In this document: positions 39,101 to 51,400 of the stretch, piece by piece
Numbering within the stretch: position 1 is the stretch's first letter
How the letters are laid out: every line of letters starts with the position of its first letter
Source of the DNA: Laetmonice hystrix
Taxonomy: Eukaryota
Assembly: GCA_965235115.1 (NCBI GenBank)
Contig: OZ249436.1
Location: 50,718,001 to 50,782,000 of the forward strand
Length of the DNA: 64,000 bases
Reading direction: 5' to 3'
Made by a program: the position numbers and the translations under genes
Notes under the pieces: generated by a model
What the model saw: the letters and a program-made list of their open reading frames with translations, nothing else
What the model was told of the DNA's origin: nothing
Database searches by the model: none

Positions 39101-42100
39101 ATAGTCATGTTCTATTTGTCAAATGTCGACCGCCGATGTAGAGACCGGGTCGGTCCCGTCGAATCCCGTGTACGTCGACGAGAAGACGCCGACCGAGGAC
39201 AGTTCCTAGTAGAGTTGTTCCCTGTACGGGACAGTTCCAGAATCCCAACTGCACCAAAACAGGTTATTATTGGCAGTGACCAAGTGGTGCAGTGTTGGAA
39301 CTGTGGAACTATCCCGTACAGGGAACAAATCTATTGCGCGCAGTCTCAACAACCACCACTTTACAGCAGGTGCAGTATATCGGTGCTGCATTCACACTGC
39401 CACCGACGTCGGTATCGGCGCCGGTATCGATATCGGCCGCTGTGTGAATGGCGCAAGTTTTGAAAAACCGGCCCAGAATACAATGCCGTAAATTACAACC
39501 TTAAATTATCTCCTGGGAACACTATTTAGCCACAAGCAGGTGTATATCTGTAGTGGCACGACAGTCAATAGGCACCGATCAGGACGCCGCAATTTCGAAT
39601 TAAGTAAATAAAATTGTAATCAGAAAACTGTCGAGGCCTACATTGACACCCTCATCCCGCTCCTGATGTTCAAAATCCCCCCTAAAACAAGAGCTCTCTG
39701 CGTAATTATAAACAAAACACTGTTCAATATGTAAGAAGAATCGGCACAGCCGCCCATACCTATACCTGTCTGCCGATATATACACGTATCCATTCTTGTA
39801 TTTCTCATTTATGTGAGCGAGGTAGGCCTATTATAATATTATGTATGTACTTTAGGCCTATACATGTAGTGTGTCTGTATTTTTCTTTTGAAATGCACGG
39901 GCATCAGGGGTAACCCAATTACTTTGACAATGTCCCTAAAGAGAAAAGTTGTATAGTCCTCTACAGGAATCGAACCCCGGCCCCAAGATTACTGCACCCA
40001 TTCGCATAGCATAAGGTGTCGACACCCATGCCCACTCGGCCACCGCCACTCCCCTAAAAAAGGAGCTTTGGTGGTCGAGCAGGACAATGGACCCTCCCCC
40101 CTACACACATCTTCCGAAATGAGACGGAATCCATATTTTCCTAGATAGAGCTACACATGATTTCTACCGAACATTGACTGTTAAGGTAATCCTGGCACTG
40201 GCGTATGTATTTTTCTTTTGAAATGCACGGGCATCAGGGGTAACCCAATTACTTTGACAATGTCCCTAAAGAGAAAAGTTGTATAGTGTAATCAGCCCCC
40301 ATAAAAGCCATGCAAATACTGAAGGTCATATACAAAACGTGTTGCACGTTTACGTAATAATCAAGGCAGACACTGACGTATGGGGGTCACGGTAAAAAAT
40401 AATGAAGTTTGGACCCATCGATCTTACTGGAGAAAGACACCTTGGCCTGCTGCTGGAGTCAGTGCTGTCAGGTCGACAGATGGGATCAGCATGACACGTA
40501 TGGGCATCACATTTTTTCTTTTATCCAGGACCACGTATCAATAAATTAGAAAATGAAAGAACACGATTGTAACTCTTGTCAAGTAAGTTCGAAAGCAAGT
40601 GATTGAAATGTCCTGAATTTGCCGGATGTGACGATGTTTGACCATCATAATACAGAGGTAGTTTTTGTACACGTGTACACGACCGACCCATATAACCAGG
40701 TCAAGTGGGGTGATTATACGTTCTTTATCCTTAATTCAGCACTTTAGACAAACGTTAACAAAGTAAAAGATACCAGAATAGACACCACCTCTCATGTTTG
40801 CGGGTTGAGAACTTCTATTCCAAACACAAAATAACACTTGGGAACTGCATCCCTAATGTTCTATAATTAATGGCCTCACGCTAAATATTAAGTTAATGAC
40901 CCAGTGAATGACTTTAAACATAAAGAGTATAGATCTATTGCTCTTAATTAGTAATTCAATTAATTAAATTTGAGTAAGGCATCTCTTCAACCTCCACGTA
41001 TTTTGTGGCTGTGCCTTATTGGAAACGTTCGCACGACTTTTCAGGAGTGAGGATATATTTCTATAAATAGAAATAGGCGGATCGAGTGTGAAGGGTCAGG
41101 AAAGGGGACGTATACGTCTATGGTCCTTCACCATTGAACATGCCTATCATATCTTTCCGACATCCACCGGAAGACTGTGAATGGGTGGCTCACGTATCCC
41201 ACCGTACATCTTTGAATTTAAGACGCAGGTGTTCGTGAAGGTAGAAAGGGGAGTGAGAGAGAAAGAGTTGGGCTCTCAACCTATGGATTGACTTAATATA
41301 AAGATGTGATGGCTAACATTGATAGCATGTGTGTATATGTCTCCTTCAGATTATCTATGTGTGGGAGTGAATACATGTACGTAGGTATGGGTGTGTACGC
41401 CTATGTATACATGTAGAAAACCTAGGTATGGGTGTGGACATATGTATGTAATGTAAGTATAGGGATCTAGTATATATTTGTATACAGTATAAGGTGTATA
41501 GGTGCACATGGTGTACGTAGACTGAAGTAGGTTAAGTAAGTGGGTGGGGATATACACGGTGGTAATTTCATGGAAAGTTTGCCCTGTGAGGGCAAGTGTA
41601 TAGATGTGGCTGGTCGACAGCCAACCAACCAACCAGCTCGTCGACCGTCGCCCGCCTGTTATACCATATCATGTTAAGGATATACCACAGTCGTTCTGAG
41701 GAGGGGAAGTTAGAAGTCGGCACGCCTGAAACGCCAACTCCCACTCGACATGCTCCCAACGTGTGTGTGTGTGTACATTGAGCAGAAACAGAGCAACTAT
41801 TCGTGAGGTTATATTACGCTAAATGGGTGGGATGGGGTGGGGTGACAGAAAGGGGCGGGTGCTCTGAGGCAGGTATAGCAGTGCACATAGGAGTCGTTTT
41901 CAATTTAAAATATATGCGTCCTCACATGTATCGTTGGGGTTGACGGGGCCTGTGACCGGATTCTGACTGCGGCAGAGTTGAGAGTCCGTATATTTGGTGG
42001 CCACTGAACAGCCGCACAACCACACAAAAACCCATGTGTAGATATTTCTTCTACGTACATTATAACGCCTTTAAACTTCAAGCATCCGCGAAAATTATGA

Positions 42101-42420
42101 CCAATAAAACATGCATTGTGGGCCGGCGTTAAAGCTATACGCTGATGTTGTAATTATGAGATTAACTTTAAACATGTTTAGAGAATATAAGTCTAACTTT
42201 TCAGTATAGATGTACTACTCACATGTTGGTGTCGGGACCGACTGTTTCTGTGCATGGCGCGGACGGGCACAGGTGTATTCAGAGATAGAAGGGTAGCCAC
42301 AATGACAACAAGGACCGTACGTCTGTCGCAGGCAACGCTTCCATGGCAGCAAGGTCGCCACATCCATGACAGACACTCGAGCGGACTGCTCAGGACTCTG
42401 GCACGATCAATCTTCGTCAT
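30118..42420 (-). CDS. Trypsin-like (S1A) serine protease with N-terminal signal/anchor and two thrombospondin type-1-like repeats, ~539 aa
   Basis: Secure exons: 32194-31639 (WTAWTPCSRSC and WSEWSPCMRSC TSP1-like repeats), 31140-30956 (DCG...PR|IVGG activation site, GAWPWQ), 30798-30118 (TAAHC, DIAVL, DTCAGDSGGP with S1 Asp; stop TAA). Phases are consistent (0/1/0). The probable first exon is 42420-42223 (MTKIDR...TVLVVIVATLLSL hydrophobic segment...RHQH|GTGAGT, phase 0), which joins in frame across a ~10 kb intron. That first exon is inferred and less certain than the 3' exons. Confidence 0.85.
33264..33663. repeat. Minisatellite, 36-bp unit, 11 copies
   Basis: Unit cactgcacacagcacacccgtccaagtccctaataa. 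Confidence 0.95.
34661..35006. repeat. Minisatellite, 78-bp unit, ~4.4 copies
   Basis: Unit gcaatatttggtacaagaagagacagatggagaaatagtattcacagtaccacagtatgacaataagacgagatggac. Confidence 0.93.
35128..35422. mobile_element. Fold-back MITE with long imperfect inverted arms (Tc1/mariner-like TA target)
   Basis: Arms ctgtggccgaaaagtacaaacattc...cgatcctcgggtcaca / tgtgacccgaggatcg...gaatgtttgtacttttcggccacag. TA (in fact TATTA) is present on both flanks. Confidence 0.8.
39037..39451. mobile_element. Harbinger-like MITE with a second small palindromic MITE nested at 39210-39333
   Basis: Outer TIRs ccattcacaca / tgtgtgaatgg with ccgata / tatcgg subterminal repeats. Inner TIRs tagagttgttccctgtacgggacagttcca / tggaactatcccgtacagggaacaaatcta. 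Confidence 0.65.
39876..40287 (-). mobile_element. tRNA-derived (Pol III A/B box) element bracketed by identical 82-bp direct repeats
   Basis: Direct repeats at 39876-39957 and 40206-40287. Minus-strand A box TGGCCGAGTGG (40042-40032) and B box GGTTCGATTCC (39976-39966). No acceptor-stem pairing, so it is not a functional tRNA. Confidence 0.7.
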
Positions 42421-42505
42421 CCTCACCGACAAAAGTCTCACTTCCAGATTGTGACAATATTTCACAGGGTTACCCACTATTAAACTCACAAGACCGCCTT
42501 GTTTT

Positions 42506-42542
42506 CAGTGACCTCGCCGGTCTGATGTGCTCCTATATAATA
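42506..42542 (-). promoter_or_regulatory. Putative TATA box plus initiator for the serine protease gene
   Basis: Minus-strand TATATAGG (42539-42532) lies 30 nt upstream of an Inr-like TCACTG (42511-42506), about 90 nt before the proposed ATG at 42420. Confidence 0.45.
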
Positions 42543-45500
42543 AACCGTGTTCTGTTTCGCAGTCGCGTAGATGCAGTAAAAGCCGCAAACGATTGTGACA
42601 TAACCTAGCCATGCACAACGTGCTTCTCAGCATCAACGAATATCACAAATGCACAATCTCGGTGGCTGATGTGATGGATACAATCCAGCCACGAGGACAG
42701 AGCCTTCTGCAAATCAGTGCTACTGCATTGGACACTGTGGTGGCAAGACGGCGAGCGGGTCGTGCAATCATCAGCCAGCATGCAGACACACTGTGACAGC
42801 AACGCTCAGTGTAGCCTCACACCTTGTAAACATCCATCCATAAGCTTCACGTTGTTTCGCTCAGTAACCCGGAAAAAGTACGTTAAGTAGCCATGAAGAC
42901 CCGATACGGGTAGCAGCTATATGCACGCTGTGACTGGACAACACTAGCGTTACGTTCTGTCTGCCCGCCCTCCTGTTTCAACACTGGGGACGCCTCTCCT
43001 CTTCAACCCATTCACAAACCGGAAATATATTCATAGCGCATGCGTACCGCGGGGAGTAAACGGGTTGCACGTGTCGACCGCGGCAGCCATGACTTTTTTT
43101 GTGACACCTCGCTGGCGACATTCTCGCCTTGAAATCGGATATGCAGAGGGGCGGAAATGCGTCTGCCACTGAAGAACGGCGAAACCCGTTCAAAGATGCC
43201 TGCACGGTAATTATTTATAAAAGGAATGAGTCAACCCAAACAGCGCTCCTACGCACACGTGCCTTAGGGATACGTCACGGAAACACGTCACAAACGTGGC
43301 AGACGAAAGTAGCGATGCTTGGGTTCATCTAACCTGCCTCTCCGTGCGTGGTAACTGCGGTTTTAAAGCGGGGGTTTAACATAAACAGGTGTTCTGTAAG
43401 AGTAGACATGAACTGGAAAAGGCACAGAATTTAGGTGTGGGCAATAAGACACCATGACAAATAAAGAACTCCCACTTTGTCGCCACACCTATCAAGTATA
43501 CAATTAAGTCCTCGAAAATATTATCATTACACAAGGCGGGTCCAATATATACTTTCTTAAACCATGCACCAACCCACCGGACACTTTTGACCTGCACAAT
43601 GTGTTTTTAAAATACCTACAGAACCACTTTTAATGGTACGCTATAAATATGCTGTGTTGCTTTTTGAGAGGCGTTCGGCCGGTCTGGAGTGAGGTTCTGT
43701 CGACAGCGCCACCAAGCGGATGGCGATGTATTCTTCTCGCAATGTTCGTGTATCGTCATCGTCACAACTGGATTATGGAAGAGACATTCAAGGATTTTAT
43801 TCGTCCGGGGCAACTGCAGGTTATTATAAGTCTCGAAAAAATAGTTGTCAAATTAGTTCTCCGGGGTCGAACTGCGAACAACATAACGTACAAAAAAACT
43901 CGATTGTCTTTATAATTCTTCTGTGGGGGGCTTGCTTGAAACAAAATATCAACTCTCGCTAACGGCTTGCTTGAAACAAAATATCCACTATATCAACTCT
44001 CGGAGACCCCGCTTTATTGGCCGCTTTATTGGGTAACGGCTTGTTTGAAACAAAATATCAACTCTCGGGCTTTATTGAATAGGCTTGCTTGTAACAAAAT
44101 ATCAACTCTCGGAGACAAGCTATAAGCCCTGAAAACGGCCGAGAGAAAAGATCGAGAAAGGGCAGCAATCGGCGAATAACTGTACTTAAAAAGAAAGGTG
44201 TCAACGCTTCAATGCCCTTTTTGGAATACGGTTGAGACAGAGAGATAACCATCTATATGACTGAATCGAGTAAGGATTAAAACTTAGCATAACTTATACA
44301 TCGGAATTATCATATAGTTATCAAATCAGCCGTATTCCATATCGCCAGACAGGAAATACTCCTTTAAGGACGGGGACTTATGATCCTGTAGGTGACCTAT
44401 ACCGGGGTTAGAGATGGCAGCGTACCGGTATCGTACCGACTGACCCCGACCTAAAGCGTCTGCCGATAGTAAGGGACGCTGGGAATACTCTCCGACTGAG
44501 GTTGTCGGGGTCGACCCGTCAGGTGTGGTGGTAACGAATTCCAAGGACTGAGAATTCCGTAAGGCATCCTGTTTGACATCAAACGATACAGGCCCTGGAC
44601 TGCATGAACTTTTACACGATACACATCAAATGGACCATTTCATAGAGAAACACTAAACCTTTCAGTTCATCCTCTGATGTTTATTGATCTAGTTTAAATG
44701 TTAAAAGTACTGAAAGAAGTAGGCATCCCCTGCCACCCTGAAAGATCGAGATATCACGTGCCAGCAGTGGACCGACTGGAATATGTACTTATTTTGGATC
44801 TCTCCCCTCCCCCTTTTATGGAAGACGATTATAAGCTTTCATTGACAGTTCTTAAATTAATCACACCCTATGCGATATTCATTTAAAGCATGCCTATTTC
44901 ATTTGGATTTCATTTTCTTGGCACTGCCACTTGTACGCGCCATACCTGTACGCACAAAAACGGCAATGCATAACGAAGTTTGGAACAACTCGGTCAAGCG
45001 AGTGTCCTTCCGGTGGCCACTCTCCATACATATTCAACGACATGTTCCGTTCACAATGTCCTGACAATCATGGAATGCACCATGGGGATTGTGGTTGTCA
45101 TGGAATCCGTCTCTACATCAAACTAGTCATCAATCTCTATACAATGTGCTGGGTGCGAGGCTGAACACTATCACTCCAGAACATTCTATCGTCGTAACTC
45201 TACACTCTGATCCGGAAACGTCTGAACAGAAACATATACACATGAACATGTACTATCGATCGAAGGGCAGTAAGAAAAGTGAAAGGGGAACGGCTTTTAC
45301 TGCCCCCCCCCCCCCCCGTTTAAAAAGTGTGGGAGGGGCGGAAACGGATTCTCCCATACATACTTTTCACCTCACATTGAATCGCATACAGGATTATACG
45401 ACTTTCTACACAAATGTGACATCACAACTTTAAAATCTCTCGAGTTCACAATAAGATGGTAGCATGCAAGGCAAGTACTGCGTGACGGTGTCATAACCTA

Positions 45501-48433
45501 CTCTGAACAGCCCTCCCCAATGACAAGTAAAATTATTCGAACTATAGATTAGGTAATGGAAGGATTATGTACATGTGTTTTACTTCCTTTAACTGTTAGT
45601 GGTGTAGTACGAGAAATAGAAATGCACACCCTTTAAATGTAGATCTTATATATTTATAAATTATGGTGTATGAACGTAAAGCACATTTTTCACGCCATTT
45701 TCCGCCCAATCAGTCTTTTTCTTCCTGTTTTTTCCTGGGAAATACCCGTGACTATGTACTGCCAAGTTAAACGGTCACAACGCGATAACGCCATGCCAGG
45801 ACAACATCCGACATACGTATAGGTTACAGCAATCATCTGATAGCGATTAGCGGTAACTTGTTATTATCTACACCGACCGTAGAGCATGTATACTATAATC
45901 CCTTTATATACAAGGTGAGGTAGATAACCGGCTACTCAGTCGGTCTGTTCATTGAAGTCGTTATCAGGGTATAATCTATATCAGGACTGCACGCAGTATG
46001 CAGTGGAAACAATACATTGGCTCGATCAGACTCTACAACATGATAACCGGGCAAGGTGCACTTACAAATTACAATTTCAACCAAATTGCAGCGCCAGCGA
46101 AGAGGGGAAACAAGTTTGTGTTTTTTTTCTAAATTTATACTTATGTCTTCGACGACGAAGTGTGCGGATGATTGTCGTATCAATCTTCCTTGAATGAGAA
46201 TAATTTATTCTCACTCATTGAAAACAACGTTGCTGTTTGCTCAATCTTTCTCATTGAACATTCAAAGACCTTTCATTTATTGTTCCCGGATGCCACATGT
46301 AACCACAGGTTATAAGACGTATATTCCGAAAGCCTAAGACAATGCCATCATTAGACATCGGAGTATTTTCTAGCTATACACATGTTCTCCCTACATTCAA
46401 AGGGGAGGCTAGCAGATAGATGGGTGTTCGAAAACATGTACATAATGCATCTACACCAAGACCAGGGCTCCTGGCATCCTGGCCCCGGGCAATGTACCGA
46501 ATGACCTTCCTCACATCGAAATGTACTCACACCAGCGTCGATCTTACGCACCTCCAAGGGCTCAAGTGTCAAACAGACAGAAGTTGGGCTATACCTAGGA
46601 AATCACTGTCCCATGTAGAAATATCATGTGCATTAAATAGGCCAGGAAACGCCTTACCTCTAGATGTTTGAAAAACATTTTAAAATTTAGAATGGCCCTC
46701 TTGGTCTTCATCCAGGTATCGACCTGTACCATGGGGTGAGTCTATATATGCCCCCCCCCCCCTCCATCGACCGGGTGGGGGTAAACGTATTAACCCGAAA
46801 GGTTACATACGTCCGGTTCTGTACGTTCAGGTACGTACTGAATGTCACAGCTGTTCTAGCTTAAAGGAGATCTGCAGAACGTTGGCAACTTCGGGGAAAT
46901 ATTTCCATACATTCTTGACGCAATCGGCGTGCTCCGAGCACAAATACTGCAGGTGAACAAACACATGGACAAACACAAGTGGAAATTCTCATCGTGTACA
47001 TCTACGGGAGCGCTGACCCGAACACGGCATCGGTAGGGAAACAACTAGAACAATTCTGGACATTTCTGTCTATTCTTACAATCTGGTCGGTAGGTAGTTC
47101 ATAGTTCGTTCTAACAATTATGTCCCCTGCTATGTTTACAACATAGTCACATTCTATAAATGTACCTTCTCCATGAGTTTTAGATCCGTGATATTCTATT
47201 GTTTATATAGTCATAATCTTGTTGAGATTTTCCTGGATACAAGACATTTACGCTCCTTCAATCATGTAGTAAACATAACGAGACATAAAGTTGATGAACT
47301 TTGGGCCAGGTGTGTAGACTGAACGAGTAATAGAGTACTACACTCTCAGGCCAATCTGTTTCGGATATAATAAAAACACACACACCTGTTTCTTTTATAT
47401 TTACCTTTTACTGTCTGACTTCGTGGTTGAGTACACAGTATAGTTCAAGTCGGCATTATATATCACAGTCATCTATCACCACATCCGTTCATTAATTGTA
47501 ACTTGAGACGTTCAGTAATTGTACTTTATACAAGTGCAATGCACTTTAACACTCGATTTGATAAAGGTTGTGCAAATTTACTAACTACATGACTAAAAAT
47601 ACTGTTTTTCATACTGATTATCTTCATAGTATGTACAAAAAGGTGCGAACTCAGTTTCTGATTAAATCCACATACACATGTACTTCAAGCAATGCCGATG
47701 ATATGTACAAGATTTAACTTATGTAAAGAGGTATACTGTACTGCGACTTCAGTAATCGCATCAAATTCTCTTTCACACAACATATTTAACTGTACGTAAA
47801 ACCTTTTTGTTCACATATTACAGCAAAACACGCAGTAGATTCCAAACCAAGTCGAGAGATTGGCCGCACTGGCCACCGATGTGTAATTAAAAAGTAACCT
47901 GTCTGACGTTACATTTGTAATGAGTTCATATTACACTGTGCCCCAAAGGTTGAAGCCATTAAAAGAATAATACCTGGCATACAAGCCCGTCGCCAGGACT
48001 TTTAAAATGGCGAGGGGGGTCTGACTTCAACATTTATTTTTACAAGGAAGGGCGCTGTGCCGTGTGTTGGACACCTTGGGGCCTCGCCCCCCCCCCCCCC
48101 CCCCGCCCCGACTACGGAACTTATATAAAATATCAGGCACGAGAAAATTGTCATCTTAATGTATTACAAACTACAAACTAAAGTCCTGTCTACCGTAAGA
48201 AGTTGGCACTACATGAGATCTGCCTCGAAACAAGAAATATTGTGTGGAACAATGTATTCTTTAACCCGGTATTGAATCATTCTTAAGAAATAACGAGACA
48301 ATTCCTCCTGTAGAACTCATGAGTGACATAACTGACAAGGTAAGTATACACGTACAATAAATACTACGATAATAATTATGGTATAGCATATGTTTATCCC
48401 ACCAATCCATCAATCTTTTATACCAGCCCAACA

Positions 48434-51400
48434 TCAAAACTCGTCCGGAATCTTTTTTCGCCGCGATCCTCTCTTGCTATGGTTACAAAGGCAAGCCTCT
48501 TTCTGAGCCTGGAGGTAGGCGGAGCATCCTAGAGCTATTGTGCCAGCGTAGAGAATATCCGAGCCTTGAATACACTCTGGTTAAAAACAAAACAAATTCA
48601 AATTAGCATTTTAAAAATTTCTGTTAGATAGCATAACCGACGTGTACCAGAAAGGCCTCAAGTACAGAACTTCCGGTAAATAGCACCTAGTTGTTGGATT
48701 CCATGAAAGGGAGAATTAATCAATTAATCAGCAGATTTCAAGATTGATATCCAGAAATACTTGCACCTTACGATATTATTGCTTGCCGTGTACATCTGAA
48801 TTTTGACGAATAAAGGTCACAAAATGACATAAAACCATAACTTTCAGACAAATCCATTTTCTGCTAAAACGGTTACAAGTTCCACTCCACCTGATCGATG
48901 TTAACGTACAAAATTGTTTACGACCTATGTGCCAAAGTTAATGTGTAACGACTTAATGTAATTGGTGTAAATTGTCAAGTAAACGCCATAAAATGGGACG
49001 GACAAACAGTTAACATAGTGAACATGCATTTATTATGTCCTGTCGTGATCATGATGGTCGTCTAGGCCGTATGACCATGTCAGGATAGAACGGTGATAAC
49101 TGTTTTTAACTGTGGACAAAAATCACATGTCACAAACACTACCACGTATACATATAAATACTCTAATAATGATTCAATCGCACGCTCAATGATTCGGTGG
49201 GTCAGAGTTTAGTCACACATCATATTAGTTCCATAGTTAGTGGATCTCTGATAACGAACTAACTTCACCCTCAGACCCCAACTTTCCAGTCAGTGTTGTG
49301 GTGTGACTTGGCGTACTCCTCTAACTGTCTGGCGTAGTTAACTTTGTGACCGGAAGTCTTGCAGAGACATGCGCGTGTATGAGCGCGTGTGTAGGCTGGA
49401 CAGCCGAGGGTTCGCACAGCAGTCCACATCACGTTCGTTAGGTACCTACACCCTGTGTACCGACAACGTCAAGTTCCTTCAACTCCACTTAGGGTTCGAA
49501 ATCAGGAGATTAGCTTTCCAAAAGTTCATACTGCACTTGTTTTTTTGGGTGCTTTCTAAGTTACTCCTGCAGGCTCAATCTCTGGTACCCGTCAAATTCC
49601 CACCCAAATCTCAAGATTTTGGACAATTCCCATGTCTCACTCAAACGTAACAACAGTTCTCCGCTTCGCTGCTGCCTATAGGGTTTGACATTTTTAGCGT
49701 CCTTAGTTACAAGTAAGAAGTAGTGGCGGGTTGACAGTGGCCTACCACTATCGCCAGGTCCATGAAAAAACTTCACAGTCTCCTGCCGATATCTGGCTGG
49801 CTCTACTTCTTTCATTGTAACGTAGGACGCTAAAAAATTAAACCGAAGCGGAGAACTGCCCTAGGGTTTTGACATGTCTATACTAGTATGTCCCCACATC
49901 GGGGATGTCGCCAGCTGGAGAGGGTCGATCTTAGTGAGCTCCCCAAAGAGGCCCCAAAATCCCCAAGTGAGAAATGAGAAATTTAATTTGATAAACCTCA
50001 CTCACTCTGTTGGTAATCGTCATTGAGTAGACCAGAGTCGGCCATTTTCTGACACACCCCACGGAGACATCGTTTGAAGGCGCTGTCACACCTCACCTTG
50101 TCCTTGCCACAGGTACCATAGCAGTGGTCATGGACATCACAGCACGAGCCCAGCGCCGGGAAATCTGAGGTGTCCAACTGGAAGTGGGAACGTTTAACGT
50201 TAGCCATGACTTGGCAAAATCACATCACACTTACCCAACAAACATAAACAATTTCCGTGGGAAAATGTATTGTATGGACAATGCTGCGCTGTCTCGGCTG
50301 GACCGGTACCATCCTCAGCTCTACTCTAGTTAAAGGTGCTATTCGTCTCGCACAGAATGACATTTCTCCTATCATACATTGTGCACATAGTACTAGAAAA
50401 AATTCCTACCGATACCATTGGCCTGATAAACCTTCTATTAGTTTGTGTGCAGCATTTGAAACCTATCTCGGTGCGCACCGAGATAGAGCCATTTCCTATG
50501 GTGGGGCGTGTCAGGGTCTCCACAGGCCTTCTGAGAGAGCCCCATTTGTGCCGTTATCCATGAAAACTTTTGATTTCCTTTGTTGTGAATCTATTTCCAT
50601 GATAGGTGGGATCACATAAACGTCAACAAAATAAAAAATAAAAAAATTGAACTTTTCTTCACGAATAGCACCTTTAAAGTGGCACCAAAAATTCCTGATA
50701 CTTACCTTTGAACCCCAGGGACACCATGTTAAAATTTCAGGGAGCTTGGACCTTGCGGTAATCTATTTATAGATCATAGAGTATATCCAAATATGGCAGT
50801 CGAATCGGGGTGAAAGCCAGGACAGTGGAGACATTTTTCAATTCCATTTATAAAATACTTATCGCTCGAACCTGAAATTTAAACATGGTGTCATTGGAAT
50901 TCAAAGGTAATTACAAAATGTATTTGAGGAATTTTTGGTGCCACTTTAATTGTAGCTTGTCGCCACCAGCTGGTGATGTAAAGTCACTTACCTCGAAACC
51001 ATAGCTCCCACAGCCGTTCGAGGTCGGAGTATAGCCGGGGTCACGCATCGCGACGGCCCCTGCAGATAAACATGTCACTTTTCAATTTTAACATATTGAC
51101 TTAAACATTTACCGATAGGTTCTTCCGGACATGAACGTTTTTCTTTAGGACACGCCCGTTCCCACCAGTGTAACCACCAATTAGTTTAATTATACTATGC
51201 ATACAAATCATTGCGTAATTGAAAGAGTATAGAGGTGCTCACATATTTCTCTATTTGTGGATTATATCTTGGGCCTAGGTCCCGCCTTGCTCCCACAGCC
51301 CCCACCCCCACCACCACCACCACCACCACCACAGTATAGAGGTGCTCACATATTTCTCTGTTTGTGGATTTCATCTTGGGCCTAGGTCCCGCCTTGCTCC

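Noticed and set aside
39958..40052. Functional tRNA gene
   Set aside because: A and B boxes are present, but there is no acceptor-stem pairing or clear anticodon arm. Treated as a tRNA-derived element.
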